Part shown: in pieces, positions 54,892 to 63,667 of the stretch
Layout: the number at the start of each line of letters is the position of its first letter
How positions within the stretch are numbered: position 1 is the stretch's first letter
Origin: Myxococcota bacterium
Lineage (GTDB): Bacteria; Myxococcota_A; UBA9042; PHBI01; JAWLBL01
NCBI GenBank assembly: GCA_041687695.1
Contig: JAWLBL010000010.1
Span: 192,865 to 256,864, forward strand
Reading direction: 5' to 3'
Length of the DNA: 64,000 nt
Program-made: the position numbers and the translations under genes
The notes under the pieces: model-generated
Database searches by the model: none
Seen by the model: only the letters and a program-made list of their open reading frames with translations
What the model was told of the DNA's origin: nothing

Positions 54892-56067
54892 TCAGCCGCC
54901 GATGACGCCGCGCAGGGCCAGATCGGCGATGGTCCCCTCGTCGTAACCCAGCGCGGCCAGCAGGGCGCGCGTGTCGGCGCCCAGGGCGGGGGCCGGCGTG
55001 GGCGCCGGGGCGTCGACGGGCCGCAGCGGCGTCCGCAGCCGGCGCGTGCCCGCCGCGTCCTCGATGACGTTGCCGCGGGCCGTGTGCAGCGGGTGGCTCG
55101 CCAGCTCGTCCGGCTCGAGCACCGGCTCGCAGCAGGCGTCGGTCTGGGCGAACACGGCCTCCCACTCGGCGCGCGTGCGGCCCTTCAGGACGGCCGCCAC
55201 CTCGGCGCGCGTGGCCTCGATCTGCTCGGCCGAGCCGAACTGACGCGCCTGCAGATCGGGGCGGCCGATGGCCTGGCAGAAGGCCTGCCAGAACTTGGGC
55301 TCGAGCGGCGCCACGCTGAGGAAGCGCCCGTCCGCGGTCTCGTAGATGCCGTAGCAGGCCTGTCCGCCGGTCAGCGTGTCCCCGCCCCGCGCCGGCGGGG
55401 CCGCACCGGCGCCCAGATGCGGCGCCAGCGCCATGTGCAGAAACGCCATCGCCCCGTCGGTCATCGACACGTCGACGCAGGCGCCCTCGCCCGTCGTCTG
55501 GCGGGCGAAGAGCGCCGCGAGCACCCCGGTCAGGCCCCACAGCGCGCCGCCCGCGATGTCCCCCAGCTGGATGGGCGGCACGGCCGGCGCGCCGTCTCGC
55601 GGCCCGGCCAGGCCCAGCACGCCCGCCATGGCCTGGTAGTTCAGGTCGTGCCCCGCCCGCTCGCGCAGCGGCCCGTCCTGCCCGTAGCCCGAGATCGCGC
55701 AGTAGACCAGGCGCGGGTTGGCCTGTCGCAGCGCCTCGTAGCCCAGCCCCAGGCGGTCCATCACCCCAGGCCGGAACGACTCGATCAGCACGTCCGCGTC
55801 GGCCAGCAGCCGCTTGGCGACCTCGACCCCCTCGGGCTTCTTCAGGTCGAGGGCGACCGAGCGCTTGCCGCCGTTGAGCGCGTTGAACGCGTACGAGGTC
55901 TTGCCGGTCAGCGGCGGCATCCAGCGCAGGTAGTCACCGCCGCGGACGTCCTCGACCTTCCACACCTCGGCGCCCAGGTCCGCCAGCACCAGCGAGGCGT
56001 AGGGCCCGGGCAGCAGGCGGCTGAAGTCGACCACCTTCAGGCCCTCGAGCGGCAGTCGCTGGGTCAT
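54892..56067 (-). CDS. CaiB/BaiF family III CoA-transferase / alpha-methylacyl-CoA racemase-like
   Basis: VVDFSRLLPGP, LADLGAEV.KVE, NGGKRSVALDLK, ESFRPGVMDRLGLG, GHDLNY, GDIAGG. Confidence 0.93.
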   Translation of the reverse strand: MTQRLPLEGLKVVDFSRLLPGPYASLVLADLGAEVWKVEDVRGGDYLRWMPPLTGKTSYAFNALNGGKRSVALDLKKPEGVEVAKRLLADADVLIESFRPGVMDRLGLGYEALRQANPRLVYCAISGYGQDGPLRERAGHDLNYQAMAGVLGLAGPRDGAPAVPPIQLGDIAGGALWGLTGVLAALFARQTTGEGACVDVSMTDGAMAFLHMALAPHLGAGAAPPARGGDTLTGGQACYGIYETADGRFLSVAPLEPKFWQAFCQAIGRPDLQARQFGSAEQIEATRAEVAAVLKGRTRAEWEAVFAQTDACCEPVLEPDELASHPLHTARGNVIEDAAGTRRLRTPLRPVDAPAPTPAPALGADTRALLAALGYDEGTIADLALRGVIGG

Positions 56068-56164
56068 CGCGAAGCTCCCCGTGTCCGTGCGGTCTTCGAA
56101 AACGACAGCGGCGAGCCGAGGCTCGCCGCGCGTGGGAGACATCGCCCCGGAGGGCGGCGCGCTC

Positions 56165-56476
56165 TCAGAGGATCTGCTGCAGCTTCATGGCCAGGCCCAT
56201 GTCGCCCTCGACCTGGATCTTGCCCAGCATGAAGGCCTGCATGGCGTCGAGCTGGCCCTGCTTGATGGCGACCAGATCCTCGCCCGTGACGGTGATGGTC
56301 ACGTCGGCGTCCTCGGCGCCCTGGCGGACGTCGGCCTGCTTGCCGTCGATGATCCAGGTGCCCCCGTTGCTGCCGGTGACGTCGAAGCGGAACGTGCCGT
56401 CGAGCTGGCTCTTGGCTCGGTCGGGGTTCGCCTTGATGTCGTTCTCGATGCCGGCGAAGATGTCCTGCGGCGTCAT
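56165..56476 (-). CDS. SCP2 sterol/lipid-binding domain protein
   Basis: FDVTG..GGTWIID, ADVTITV..EDL, LDAMQAFMLGKIQVEGDMGLAMKL. Confidence 0.92.
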   Translation of the reverse strand: MTPQDIFAGIENDIKANPDRAKSQLDGTFRFDVTGSNGGTWIIDGKQADVRQGAEDADVTITVTGEDLVAIKQGQLDAMQAFMLGKIQVEGDMGLAMKLQQIL

Positions 56477-56612
56477 GGCGCGCTCCTGATGCGGGTCGGT
56501 TGCGAGTTGGCCTCGTGGGTTCGGCAAGGGCAGGTATCACGCCACCGCCGCACGGTCAACGGCCCGGAGGCGAGGTCGGGCCAGCCGTCGGAAGGGGCCG
56601 GCGCGAGCGGTG

Positions 56613-56641
56613 CTGACAGCCGCGGCGCGAGCGATTACCTT
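56613..56641 (+). promoter_or_regulatory. Putative promoter of trpA, likely leaderless
   Basis: CTGACA-N17-TACCTT, 8 nt before ATG 56650; no SD sequence. Confidence 0.5.
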
Positions 56642-56649
56642 CGGCGGCC

Positions 56650-57486
56650 ATGAGCGGACGCAAGCCAGACCGGATCCGGACCACCTTCGAGAGACTGAAG
56701 CGACAAGGCCGAACGGGGCTCATCCCGTACGTCACCGCGGGGGATCCCAACCCGCAGGCGACCGAGCACGTCCTGGACGCGCTGGTGGCCGCGGGGTGCG
56801 ACCTCATCGAGCTGGGGGTGCCGTTCTCGGACCCGATGGCCGACGGGCCGGCGATCCAGGAGGCGATGGGCCGGGCGCTGCACGCCGGGACGCGCTTTGC
56901 ACACGTGCTGGAGATGGTGCGGGGCTTTCGGGCGCGGCACCCCGACGTGCCGCTCATCCTGTTCGGCTACCTGAACCCGCTGTACCAGCGCGGGCTCGAG
57001 CGGGTCTGCCGCGAGGCCGCCGAGGCCGGGGCCGACGGGCTGCTGGTCGTCGATCTGCCGCCCGAGGAGGCGCCCGAGCTGACGACGCACACCCGGGCCA
57101 ACGCGCTGGACTTCATCGCGCTGTTCACGCCGACCAGCGACGAGGCGCGCATCGCCGAGATCGGCGCCAACGCCTCGGGCTTCGCCTACTACGTCTCGAT
57201 GACCGGCGTGACCGGCGGCGCGGTGACCGGCGGCGGGACCGATCTGGACGCGCTGGGCGAGCGCATCGACGAGGTGCGCCGCCTGACCGGGCTGCCGGTC
57301 GCGGTCGGCTTCGGCGTCCGCACGCCCGAGGACGCGCGGCGCCTGTCGCAGTATGCCGACGCCGTGATCGTGGGCTCGGCCCTCATCCGCGCGATGGCCG
57401 AGGGCCTGCCGGTCGAGGCCCCCGCCATCGCGGGCGAGTTCATGGCCACCCTGCGGCAGGCCCTGGACGCCGACGTCGCGGCCTGA
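56650..57486 (+). CDS. trpA: Tryptophan synthase alpha chain
   Basis: YVTAGDP, IELGVPFSDPMADGPAIQ, YLNP, VDLPPEE, YYVSMTGVTG, VGFGV, IVGSA. Confidence 0.97.
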   Translation: MSGRKPDRIRTTFERLKRQGRTGLIPYVTAGDPNPQATEHVLDALVAAGCDLIELGVPFSDPMADGPAIQEAMGRALHAGTRFAHVLEMVRGFRARHPDVPLILFGYLNPLYQRGLERVCREAAEAGADGLLVVDLPPEEAPELTTHTRANALDFIALFTPTSDEARIAEIGANASGFAYYVSMTGVTGGAVTGGGTDLDALGERIDEVRRLTGLPVAVGFGVRTPEDARRLSQYADAVIVGSALIRAMAEGLPVEAPAIAGEFMATLRQALDADVAA

Positions 57487-57519
57487 CCCGGCCGGCCGGC
57501 CGCGCCGCGCCGAACGCCC

Positions 57520-57912
57520 TCAGGCGCCCGGCTTGACGGCGATCGCGTCGATCTCGACCAGCACGTCCTTGGGCAGGCGCGACACCTCGACGGTCGCGCG
57601 CGCCGGCCGATGGCCCTGCAGCGCCTCGGCGTAGATCGCGTTGACGGTCGCGAAGTCGTCCATGCGCTTGAGGAAGATCGTGGTCCGGACGATGTCGGTC
57701 ACCGCGTGGCCGGCCGCCTCCACGACGGCCAACAGGTTCGCCATGACCTGCCGCGTCTGCGCCGCGACGTCGTCGGGGCCGACGACCTGACCGGACGCCG
57801 GATCGAGGGCGACCTGGCCCGAGAAGAAGGTCATGGGGCCGGCCTGGACGGCCTGCGAGTACGGGCCGATGGCGGCTGGGGCGCGGTCGGTCGCGACGGT
57901 GCGGTGCGTCAT
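57520..57912 (-). CDS. ridA: RidA/YjgF reactive-intermediate deaminase
   Basis: APAAIGPYSQA, SGQVAL, TTIFL..MDDFATVNAIY, PARATVEVSRLPKDVLVEIDAIA. Confidence 0.93.
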   Translation of the reverse strand: MTHRTVATDRAPAAIGPYSQAVQAGPMTFFSGQVALDPASGQVVGPDDVAAQTRQVMANLLAVVEAAGHAVTDIVRTTIFLKRMDDFATVNAIYAEALQGHRPARATVEVSRLPKDVLVEIDAIAVKPGA

Positions 57913-57993
57913 GGGGATGGCTCCTGGAAGGGTTGTGGGAACGGGGGGCGGACAAGATACGCGAGGCGCGCGGGCGACAGTGAGGGAACTTTT

Positions 57994-58022
57994 TTGACCG
58001 CCTCCGGGAGCGGTCCTAGGCT
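57994..58022 (+). promoter_or_regulatory. Putative sigma70 promoter with an overlapping inverted repeat
   Basis: TTGACC-N17-TAGGCT; GACCGC/GCGGTC dyad at 57996-58015. Confidence 0.6.
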
Positions 58023-58080
58023 CTGCCCACCTCCGAGACGCCACAAGCGTTCGTAACCATTGAGCTTTCCAGGTATCGCC

Positions 58081-58320
58081 ATGACCCGCGTCGCCACCTC
58101 CTGGTACCACACGCAGCGCCTGCTCGCCGTCCGGCGTTGGGGCCGCGGCTATCGCGCCGGCCGCCCCACGGACGTCACCGGGTTGGACCTCGCGGCGAAC
58201 GCTCAGGTCCCCGAGGTCACCGAGCTCGTCGTCGTCCGGACCTCCGACCGCGGCCCGGCGGCACGATCCGTCATCGAGTTGGACGCCTTCCGCGCCAACA
58301 TCCAGCGCGCCGAGCGCTGA
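58081..58320 (+). CDS. Small hypothetical protein (79 aa)
   Basis: ATG after AGGT, GC3-rich codons, good upstream promoter; no family recognised. Confidence 0.55.
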   Translation: MTRVATSWYHTQRLLAVRRWGRGYRAGRPTDVTGLDLAANAQVPEVTELVVVRTSDRGPAARSVIELDAFRANIQRAER

Positions 58321-58327
58321 CCTCCTC

Positions 58328-58391
58328 CGAGGAGCTGCGGCCGCACCGCCCTTTCCTCCCCGACTTTCTGACGGGCGGTCGCAGCTCCGAG
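58328..58391. other. Intergenic hairpin flanked by CGAG direct repeats
   Basis: CGAG|GAGCTGCGGCCGC...GCGGTCGCAGCTC|CGAG. Confidence 0.45.
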
Positions 58392-58434
58392 GTTCCTTCC
58401 CTTTCGAGACGACGCAGCACCCGAGGCCCGACCC

Positions 58435-59175
58435 ATGCGTGACCTGGATCGCATCAAGGAGAAGGTGGTCATCCGCCTGGACAACCGCCAGGTGGCCTAC
58501 GCCATCCTCGGGTTCATCCTGGTCTCGACCGGCACCTTCGCCGGCGGCGTCGTCGTCGGCAAGCAGATGGCCGACGCCGTCCCCGGGACGCTCGAGGAGC
58601 TGGCCGGCCTCGAGGCCACCGACGCCGATCTCGACGGCGTCCGCGAGCACCGACGCCGCAGCAAGCTCCTGGCGCGCATCGCGCCGGGCACCGGGAACAT
58701 CGAGGCCGAGCTGGCGCGCGCCTCGAGCCGCCTCGATCCCGACAACCCCACCGACGCCGCGCGCATGGAGGCCCACCGCCAGATCGCGACGGCCCGCGCC
58801 GTGGGCGTCACGCGCAGCCTGGGGCCCGTCCCCGTCGAGGCGCCCGCCGCGCCCGCCGGCGCCGGTCCGGAGGCGCTGACCGTGATCGCGCGCAACCCCG
58901 CCAAGGAGCAGGCGGCGCTCGACGCCGGGGCGCAGGTGGTCGGCGGCTACGCGCTGCAGGTCGCGGCCTTCGGCTCCGAGGGGCCCGCCCAGGTCGTCGC
59001 GCGGCAGCTGGGGGCCGGCGGCCACGACGCGCGCGTGCGGGTGGTGGCCAGCGGAGAGACCAGCCTGTACCGCGTCGAGGTGGGGCAGTTCGCCGACGCC
59101 AAGGCCGCCGGCGAGTTCCAGAAGGGCTTCGAGCGCACCTCCGGGTACTCGACCGTGCTGGTCCCCACGCCCTAG
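58435..59175 (+). CDS. Bitopic SPOR-domain protein
   Basis: N-terminal TM (VAYAILGFILVSTGTFAGGVVVG); C-terminal YALQVAAF...LYRVEVGQF SPOR pattern. Confidence 0.85.
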   Translation: MRDLDRIKEKVVIRLDNRQVAYAILGFILVSTGTFAGGVVVGKQMADAVPGTLEELAGLEATDADLDGVREHRRRSKLLARIAPGTGNIEAELARASSRLDPDNPTDAARMEAHRQIATARAVGVTRSLGPVPVEAPAAPAGAGPEALTVIARNPAKEQAALDAGAQVVGGYALQVAAFGSEGPAQVVARQLGAGGHDARVRVVASGETSLYRVEVGQFADAKAAGEFQKGFERTSGYSTVLVPTP

Positions 59176-59371
59176 GCGCCAGCCCCACCCTCGGTGGTCC
59201 CGACGGGCCGCCTGGCGTGGTCCAGTGTTGATTCGAGCGGCCGGGTCGCCCAGACTGCTTCGGCTCGACAGCGCGCCGCCTCGTCGCGGCGCCGTCGGGC
59301 CCAAGCGCGCGCGGCCGGCCAGTCGGATCGCGGGCACCAGACGGCCAGGTTCTCAGGGGTCACGCTTGCCG

Positions 59372-61954
59372 ATGAGGCGCAGGGGGCTCGCATTCGAGGT
59401 GTGCGCGGCGGTGTTCTTCATCGCCGCGACGGTGGCGGCCTGCGGTGACGACGACGCGGCCGGGGCTGGTGTGCCCGCCGCGGACGCCGTGAGCGACACC
59501 GGGATGGCGGACGTAGGTGCAGGCGCCGACGCGGTGGGCGACGCGGCGGCGACGTGTCAGTCCAACGCCGAGTGCAGCGCGCAGGCCATCGGTCCGTGCG
59601 TCCGCGGCGTGTGCGAAGCGGGCAGCTGCCGGGTGGTCCCGGTCGCCGATCACACGCCGTGCGACGACGCGGATCTGTGCACGCTCGAGACCGAGTGCGC
59701 CGCCGGGGTGTGCCAGGGCGGCTTCACGCGCGGGTGCGAGGACGGCAACGCGTGCACCGCGGACAGCTGCGACCCGCAGACGGGGTGCCGCCACACGCCC
59801 CTGCCCGCCCAGAGCGCGTGTGACGACGGCGATCCCTGCACGCAGGGCGACGCGTGCAGCGCCGACGGCGTCTGCGCGGGCGACGTCCGCCCCGAGTGCG
59901 TGTGCGCCTACGACGCCGACTGCGCGCCCCACGAGGACGGCAACCTGTGCAACGGGGTGCTGCGCTGCGTCGAGGGCCGCTGCCGGGTCGACCTGACGAC
60001 CGTCGTGACGTGCGGCAAGGCCGGGGCCTGCCGCAAGCACACCTGCAACCCGAGCACGGGCCAGTGCGCGACGGCCCTGCTGCCCGACGGCAGCGCGTGC
60101 AGCGACAAGAACCCGTGCACCCTGGGCGACGCCTGCGACGGTGGGACCTGCCGCGGCCAGGGCGGCGCCTGCGAGTGCGCCACGGACGAGGACTGCAAGC
60201 CCCTGCAGCCGGTCGAGTACGACCTGTGCCAGGGGCCGCTGGTGTGCCTGGACGGGGCCTGCGCGCCGGACCCCGCGCAGGCGGTCACGTGCCCCGCGGG
60301 TACGGGCCCCTGTACGACCGAGGCCTGCGACCCTGCGACCGGCCTGTGCGCGACGGTGGCCCTACCGGACGGCAGCGCGTGCCAGGGTGAGGCCGACGGC
60401 GCGCCGTGCGTCGGGCCGGGCGCCTGCAAGCTGGGGACGTGTCAGACGCCGCCGGCCGACTGTGACGACGGCAACCCGTGCACGACCGACGGGTGCGATC
60501 CCGATCTGGGATGTGTGCACGTCCCGACGCCCACGGCGGCCTGCGACGACGGGGATCCGTGCACGACGGGCGAGGTGTGCGACCCGGACGGGGCCTGCGG
60601 CGGCGGGGTCGCGGTGGTGTGCGACGACGCGCAGCCCTGCACGGTCGACCAGTGCGACCCCGAGGCGGGCGGCTGCGTGTGGGCGGCGGTGGCGGACGGT
60701 CAGGCGTGCGACGACGGCAACGCATGCACGACGGCCGGGGTGTGCGCGCAGGGGGTGTGCGTCGGACAGGAGCCCGTCGTCTGCGAGGCCGCGGGGCCCT
60801 GCCAGGAGGCGACGTGCGCGCCCGACGAGGGCTGCGTGGTGAAGAACGCCGCCAGCGGCAGCGTGTGCGACGACGGAGACCCGTGCACCAAGGCCGGGGT
60901 CTGCAAGGCCGGAGAGTGCCAGACGGTGCCGGTGCCCTGCAGCGACGGCAACCCGTGCACCCTCGACGCGTGCGACCCGCTGCAGGGCGGCTGCGTGAAC
61001 ACGCCGATGGCGTACGGGACCAGCTGCGCGCCGGCCAACCCGTGCCTGACCGGCGGGACCTGCCAGGACGGCCAGTGCGTCGGCGGCCAGCCGGTCAGTT
61101 GCCTGCCGGGGCCGTGCGACAGCCGCAAGTGCGACCCCGAGTCCGGGGCCTGCGTCGTGGCCAAGCTGGCGCCGGACGGCAGCGTCTGCGGCGAGGCTTC
61201 GGCTTGCATGGACGCTGGGAAGTGCCTCTCGGGCGAGTGCGTCGGCGGGGGGCCCAAGGCCTGCGACGACGGGGACGCGTGCACGGCGGACGCCTGCGAC
61301 CCCGACACGGGCAAGTGCGTGCACACGGCCGTGGTCTGCGTCCATCCGGACGACGCCTGCCTCGTGGCCTCGTGCGCCGCGGTCAAGAGCGTCGCGGGGT
61401 GTCAGGCCGAGACGTGGGCGCCCTGCGACGGCGCGCTGGTGCTGTGGTCCACGGTGTTCGCGTGCGGCGCCGACGAGGGCTGGAGCTTCGCGCTGCAGTC
61501 CGGGCAGGTCGGCTTCGCGATCGACGCCCTGCCCGACCCGCCCGGCGCGTGGGACGACGGCTGCAGCCTGAACCTGGCGGCGGCCGGCGGCTTCGCGGCG
61601 CCCTGGGACCCGACGACCGGGCACGCGCGCTCGCCTGGCTTCCAGGTCCCGGTGCCCGGGGCGTCGGCCGTGGTCGAGGTGAGCTTCCGCGAGTGGTTCG
61701 AGCTGCGCGAGGGGGCGGACGTGGACCGCCGCTGGGTGCGGCTGGTCGACGGCGAGGGCAAGGTCGCGGTGGCGGCCGAGCTGCCCAAGACGGACGCGTC
61801 GATGGGGAGCTGGGGCGAGCGCACCGTCGCGCTGGAGGTGACGGAGCCGGGGCCGTGGCACCTCGAGCTGGCGTTCGACTCGGTGGTCGCCGGGCAGGAC
61901 GAGGCGCGAGGTTGGCTGATCGACCGGCTGGTGGTGGCGACGCCCGCCCAGTGA
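59372..61954 (+). CDS. Cys-rich repeat lipoprotein with C-terminal beta-sandwich domain
   Basis: Lipobox VAAC; many CDDG.PCT.D.CDP..GC units; C-terminal GWLIDRL jelly-roll-like ending. Confidence 0.82.
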   Translation: MRRRGLAFEVCAAVFFIAATVAACGDDDAAGAGVPAADAVSDTGMADVGAGADAVGDAAATCQSNAECSAQAIGPCVRGVCEAGSCRVVPVADHTPCDDADLCTLETECAAGVCQGGFTRGCEDGNACTADSCDPQTGCRHTPLPAQSACDDGDPCTQGDACSADGVCAGDVRPECVCAYDADCAPHEDGNLCNGVLRCVEGRCRVDLTTVVTCGKAGACRKHTCNPSTGQCATALLPDGSACSDKNPCTLGDACDGGTCRGQGGACECATDEDCKPLQPVEYDLCQGPLVCLDGACAPDPAQAVTCPAGTGPCTTEACDPATGLCATVALPDGSACQGEADGAPCVGPGACKLGTCQTPPADCDDGNPCTTDGCDPDLGCVHVPTPTAACDDGDPCTTGEVCDPDGACGGGVAVVCDDAQPCTVDQCDPEAGGCVWAAVADGQACDDGNACTTAGVCAQGVCVGQEPVVCEAAGPCQEATCAPDEGCVVKNAASGSVCDDGDPCTKAGVCKAGECQTVPVPCSDGNPCTLDACDPLQGGCVNTPMAYGTSCAPANPCLTGGTCQDGQCVGGQPVSCLPGPCDSRKCDPESGACVVAKLAPDGSVCGEASACMDAGKCLSGECVGGGPKACDDGDACTADACDPDTGKCVHTAVVCVHPDDACLVASCAAVKSVAGCQAETWAPCDGALVLWSTVFACGADEGWSFALQSGQVGFAIDALPDPPGAWDDGCSLNLAAAGGFAAPWDPTTGHARSPGFQVPVPGASAVVEVSFREWFELREGADVDRRWVRLVDGEGKVAVAAELPKTDASMGSWGERTVALEVTEPGPWHLELAFDSVVAGQDEARGWLIDRLVVATPAQ

Positions 61955-61967
61955 GGCGGGCGGCGCG

Positions 61968-62819
61968 TCAGCCCAGGCCGCGGAAGTCCAGCGCCTCTTC
62001 GTCGAGGCCCAGGTAGTGGCCGACCTCGTGCAGGACGGTGATCTCGACCTGCTCCTCGACCTCGTCCTCGCTGCCGCAGACCCGCTCGATGTTCCAGCGG
62101 TACAGGTAGATGCGCGAGGGGCCGTGGGCGACGTAGTCGAGGCCGGACTCCATGGCGCGGTCGGGGCCGTCGAACAGGCCCATGATGCGCGGATCCGAGA
62201 CCTCGGTCTCGAAGATCCACTCCTCGGGGTAGTCGTCGACGATGATGACGACGTTGCCGAGCGAGCGCCGGTGCAGGGGCGAGATGCGCTCGAGGGTCTG
62301 CTCGGCGACCTCGATGAAGCGCTCCTCCGACAGCCACAGGCGGTGGGGCGGCTCGCGGTCGTGCTCGAGCTGCCAGACGTTCTTGAAGGCCTCGGCGCGC
62401 AGGTCCCAGTTCTGCAGGGCCTCGGCCGCCAGGCCGACCTCGTACCACAGGTCGGCGTCGTGGCGGTGGCGGGTGGCGCCGGCGCGCAGGATCTCGAGCG
62501 CCTCGAGCGGCCGCCCGAGATCGTTGAGCACGTCGCCGAGCTCGAGCGACGTGTCCGCGTCGTCCGGATACAGCTCGGACGCCTCGCGGACGACCTCGAG
62601 GGCCTCCTCGCGCCGGCCCTCGAGCCACAGCTCGCGCCAGCGTAAGGCCATGAATTCTAGACTTTTCCCGCCGCCTTCGGGCAGCATGCCCACGGCGGCG
62701 CGGTGACGCTGCACGCCGACGAGGTCCCCGTTGTCGTACGCCCTCAGGCCCCGATCGAAGTGGTTGCGCAGCGAGTCGGCGCGCGCCTCGATCTGGCGAA
62801 GCCTCTTGGAAAATTTCAT
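61968..62819 (-). CDS. TPR + minimal zincin (Zincin_1/DUF1025-like) metalloprotease
   Basis: TPR-like helices; MGLFDG, PSRIYLYRWNIER, ITVLHEVGHYLGLDE (HExxH). Confidence 0.88.
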   Translation of the reverse strand: MKFSKRLRQIEARADSLRNHFDRGLRAYDNGDLVGVQRHRAAVGMLPEGGGKSLEFMALRWRELWLEGRREEALEVVREASELYPDDADTSLELGDVLNDLGRPLEALEILRAGATRHRHDADLWYEVGLAAEALQNWDLRAEAFKNVWQLEHDREPPHRLWLSEERFIEVAEQTLERISPLHRRSLGNVVIIVDDYPEEWIFETEVSDPRIMGLFDGPDRAMESGLDYVAHGPSRIYLYRWNIERVCGSEDEVEEQVEITVLHEVGHYLGLDEEALDFRGLG

Positions 62820-62927
62820 CGCCAGCGACCCCCGGAAGCGGCGGTGACGGTCGTATTCAGCCGGGCTCAGGATAGAGCGAGCCAGGCCATCCAGCAAACG
62901 CATTACCAACCACGAGGAGGCGCGCCG

Positions 62928-63287
62928 ATGCGTCGAGTCGACAAGCCCTGGGGCCACGAGATCATCTGGGCCGAGACCGCCCGCTACGCGGGCAAGCTCA
63001 TCCACATCGACGCCGGCCACGCCCTGAGCCTGCAGTACCACGAGCGCAAGGCCGAGAGCATCTACGTCCTGTCGGGCCGCCTCCATCTGCACCTGGCCAG
63101 CGGCCCCAAGGAAGCCGTCCGCGTGGTCGTCCTCGAGGCCGGCCAGGCCTACGACATCGTCCCGGGCCTGGTCCACCGCTTCGAGGCCCAGGAGCCGGTC
63201 GACCTCATCGAGGTGTCGACCCCCGAGCTCGACGACGTGGTCCGTCTCGAGGATCGCTATGGGCGGGAGGGGACGTCGGCGGCGTGA
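62928..63287 (+). CDS. Cupin domain protein (type II mannose-6-phosphate isomerase-like)
   Basis: VDKPWGHE, LSLQYHERKAE, PGLVHRF, EVSTPELDDVVRLEDRYGR; GAGGAGG RBS. Confidence 0.9.
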   Translation: MRRVDKPWGHEIIWAETARYAGKLIHIDAGHALSLQYHERKAESIYVLSGRLHLHLASGPKEAVRVVVLEAGQAYDIVPGLVHRFEAQEPVDLIEVSTPELDDVVRLEDRYGREGTSAA

Positions 63288-63323
63288 GGCGTGGCGTAGG
63301 ATCGGGGGTGTGTGGGCGGGGTG

Positions 63324-63387
63324 AGCGCGGGGGGAGCGCGGGGGGAGCGCGGGGGGAGCGCGGGGGGAGCGCGGGGGGAGCGCGGGG
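63324..63387 (+). repeat. 11-bp tandem repeat AGCGCGGGGGG (5 full + 1 partial)
   Basis: Units start at 63324, 63335, 63346, 63357, 63368, 63379. Confidence 0.9.
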
Positions 63388-63393
63388 TGCAGT

Positions 63394-63540
63394 AGCCTCC
63401 GCTTCGGCCGGCCTCAAGGGCTTTGTCCCCCGTGGCCGACCTGGCGGCCGGCCCATTCCTCGCGGACGACAAAGCCCTTGACCCCGGCCTCCGCTTCGGC
63501 TGGGAGGCTGATACCGGCCCGGACGGGGGCGTCCGGGCCG
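63394..63540. other. Nested inverted/direct-repeat structured element
   Basis: 14-bp IR 63414-63427/63468-63481; 14-bp direct repeat GCCTCCGCTTCGGC at 63395 and 63487; closing AGCCTCC/GGAGGCT; 11-bp hairpin 63515-63540. Confidence 0.7.
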
Positions 63541-63646
63541 CTTCGCGTCCCGGCGCGGGCACTGGTCGGCGGGTGCTGGGGGAGGCGGCTGGTCGGAGAT
63601 CCGAGTGGCTGGTCGCGCTCGATCGCGTGGTCTGGGGGTGGGTTGG

Positions 63647-63659
63647 AATTAAATACTTG
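63647..63659 (+). promoter_or_regulatory. IHF-like binding site in an AT-rich patch
   Basis: AATTAAATACTTG has one mismatch to WATCAANNNNTTR and lies 8 bp before the repeat array. Confidence 0.4.
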
Positions 63660-63667
63660 TGTGATTA

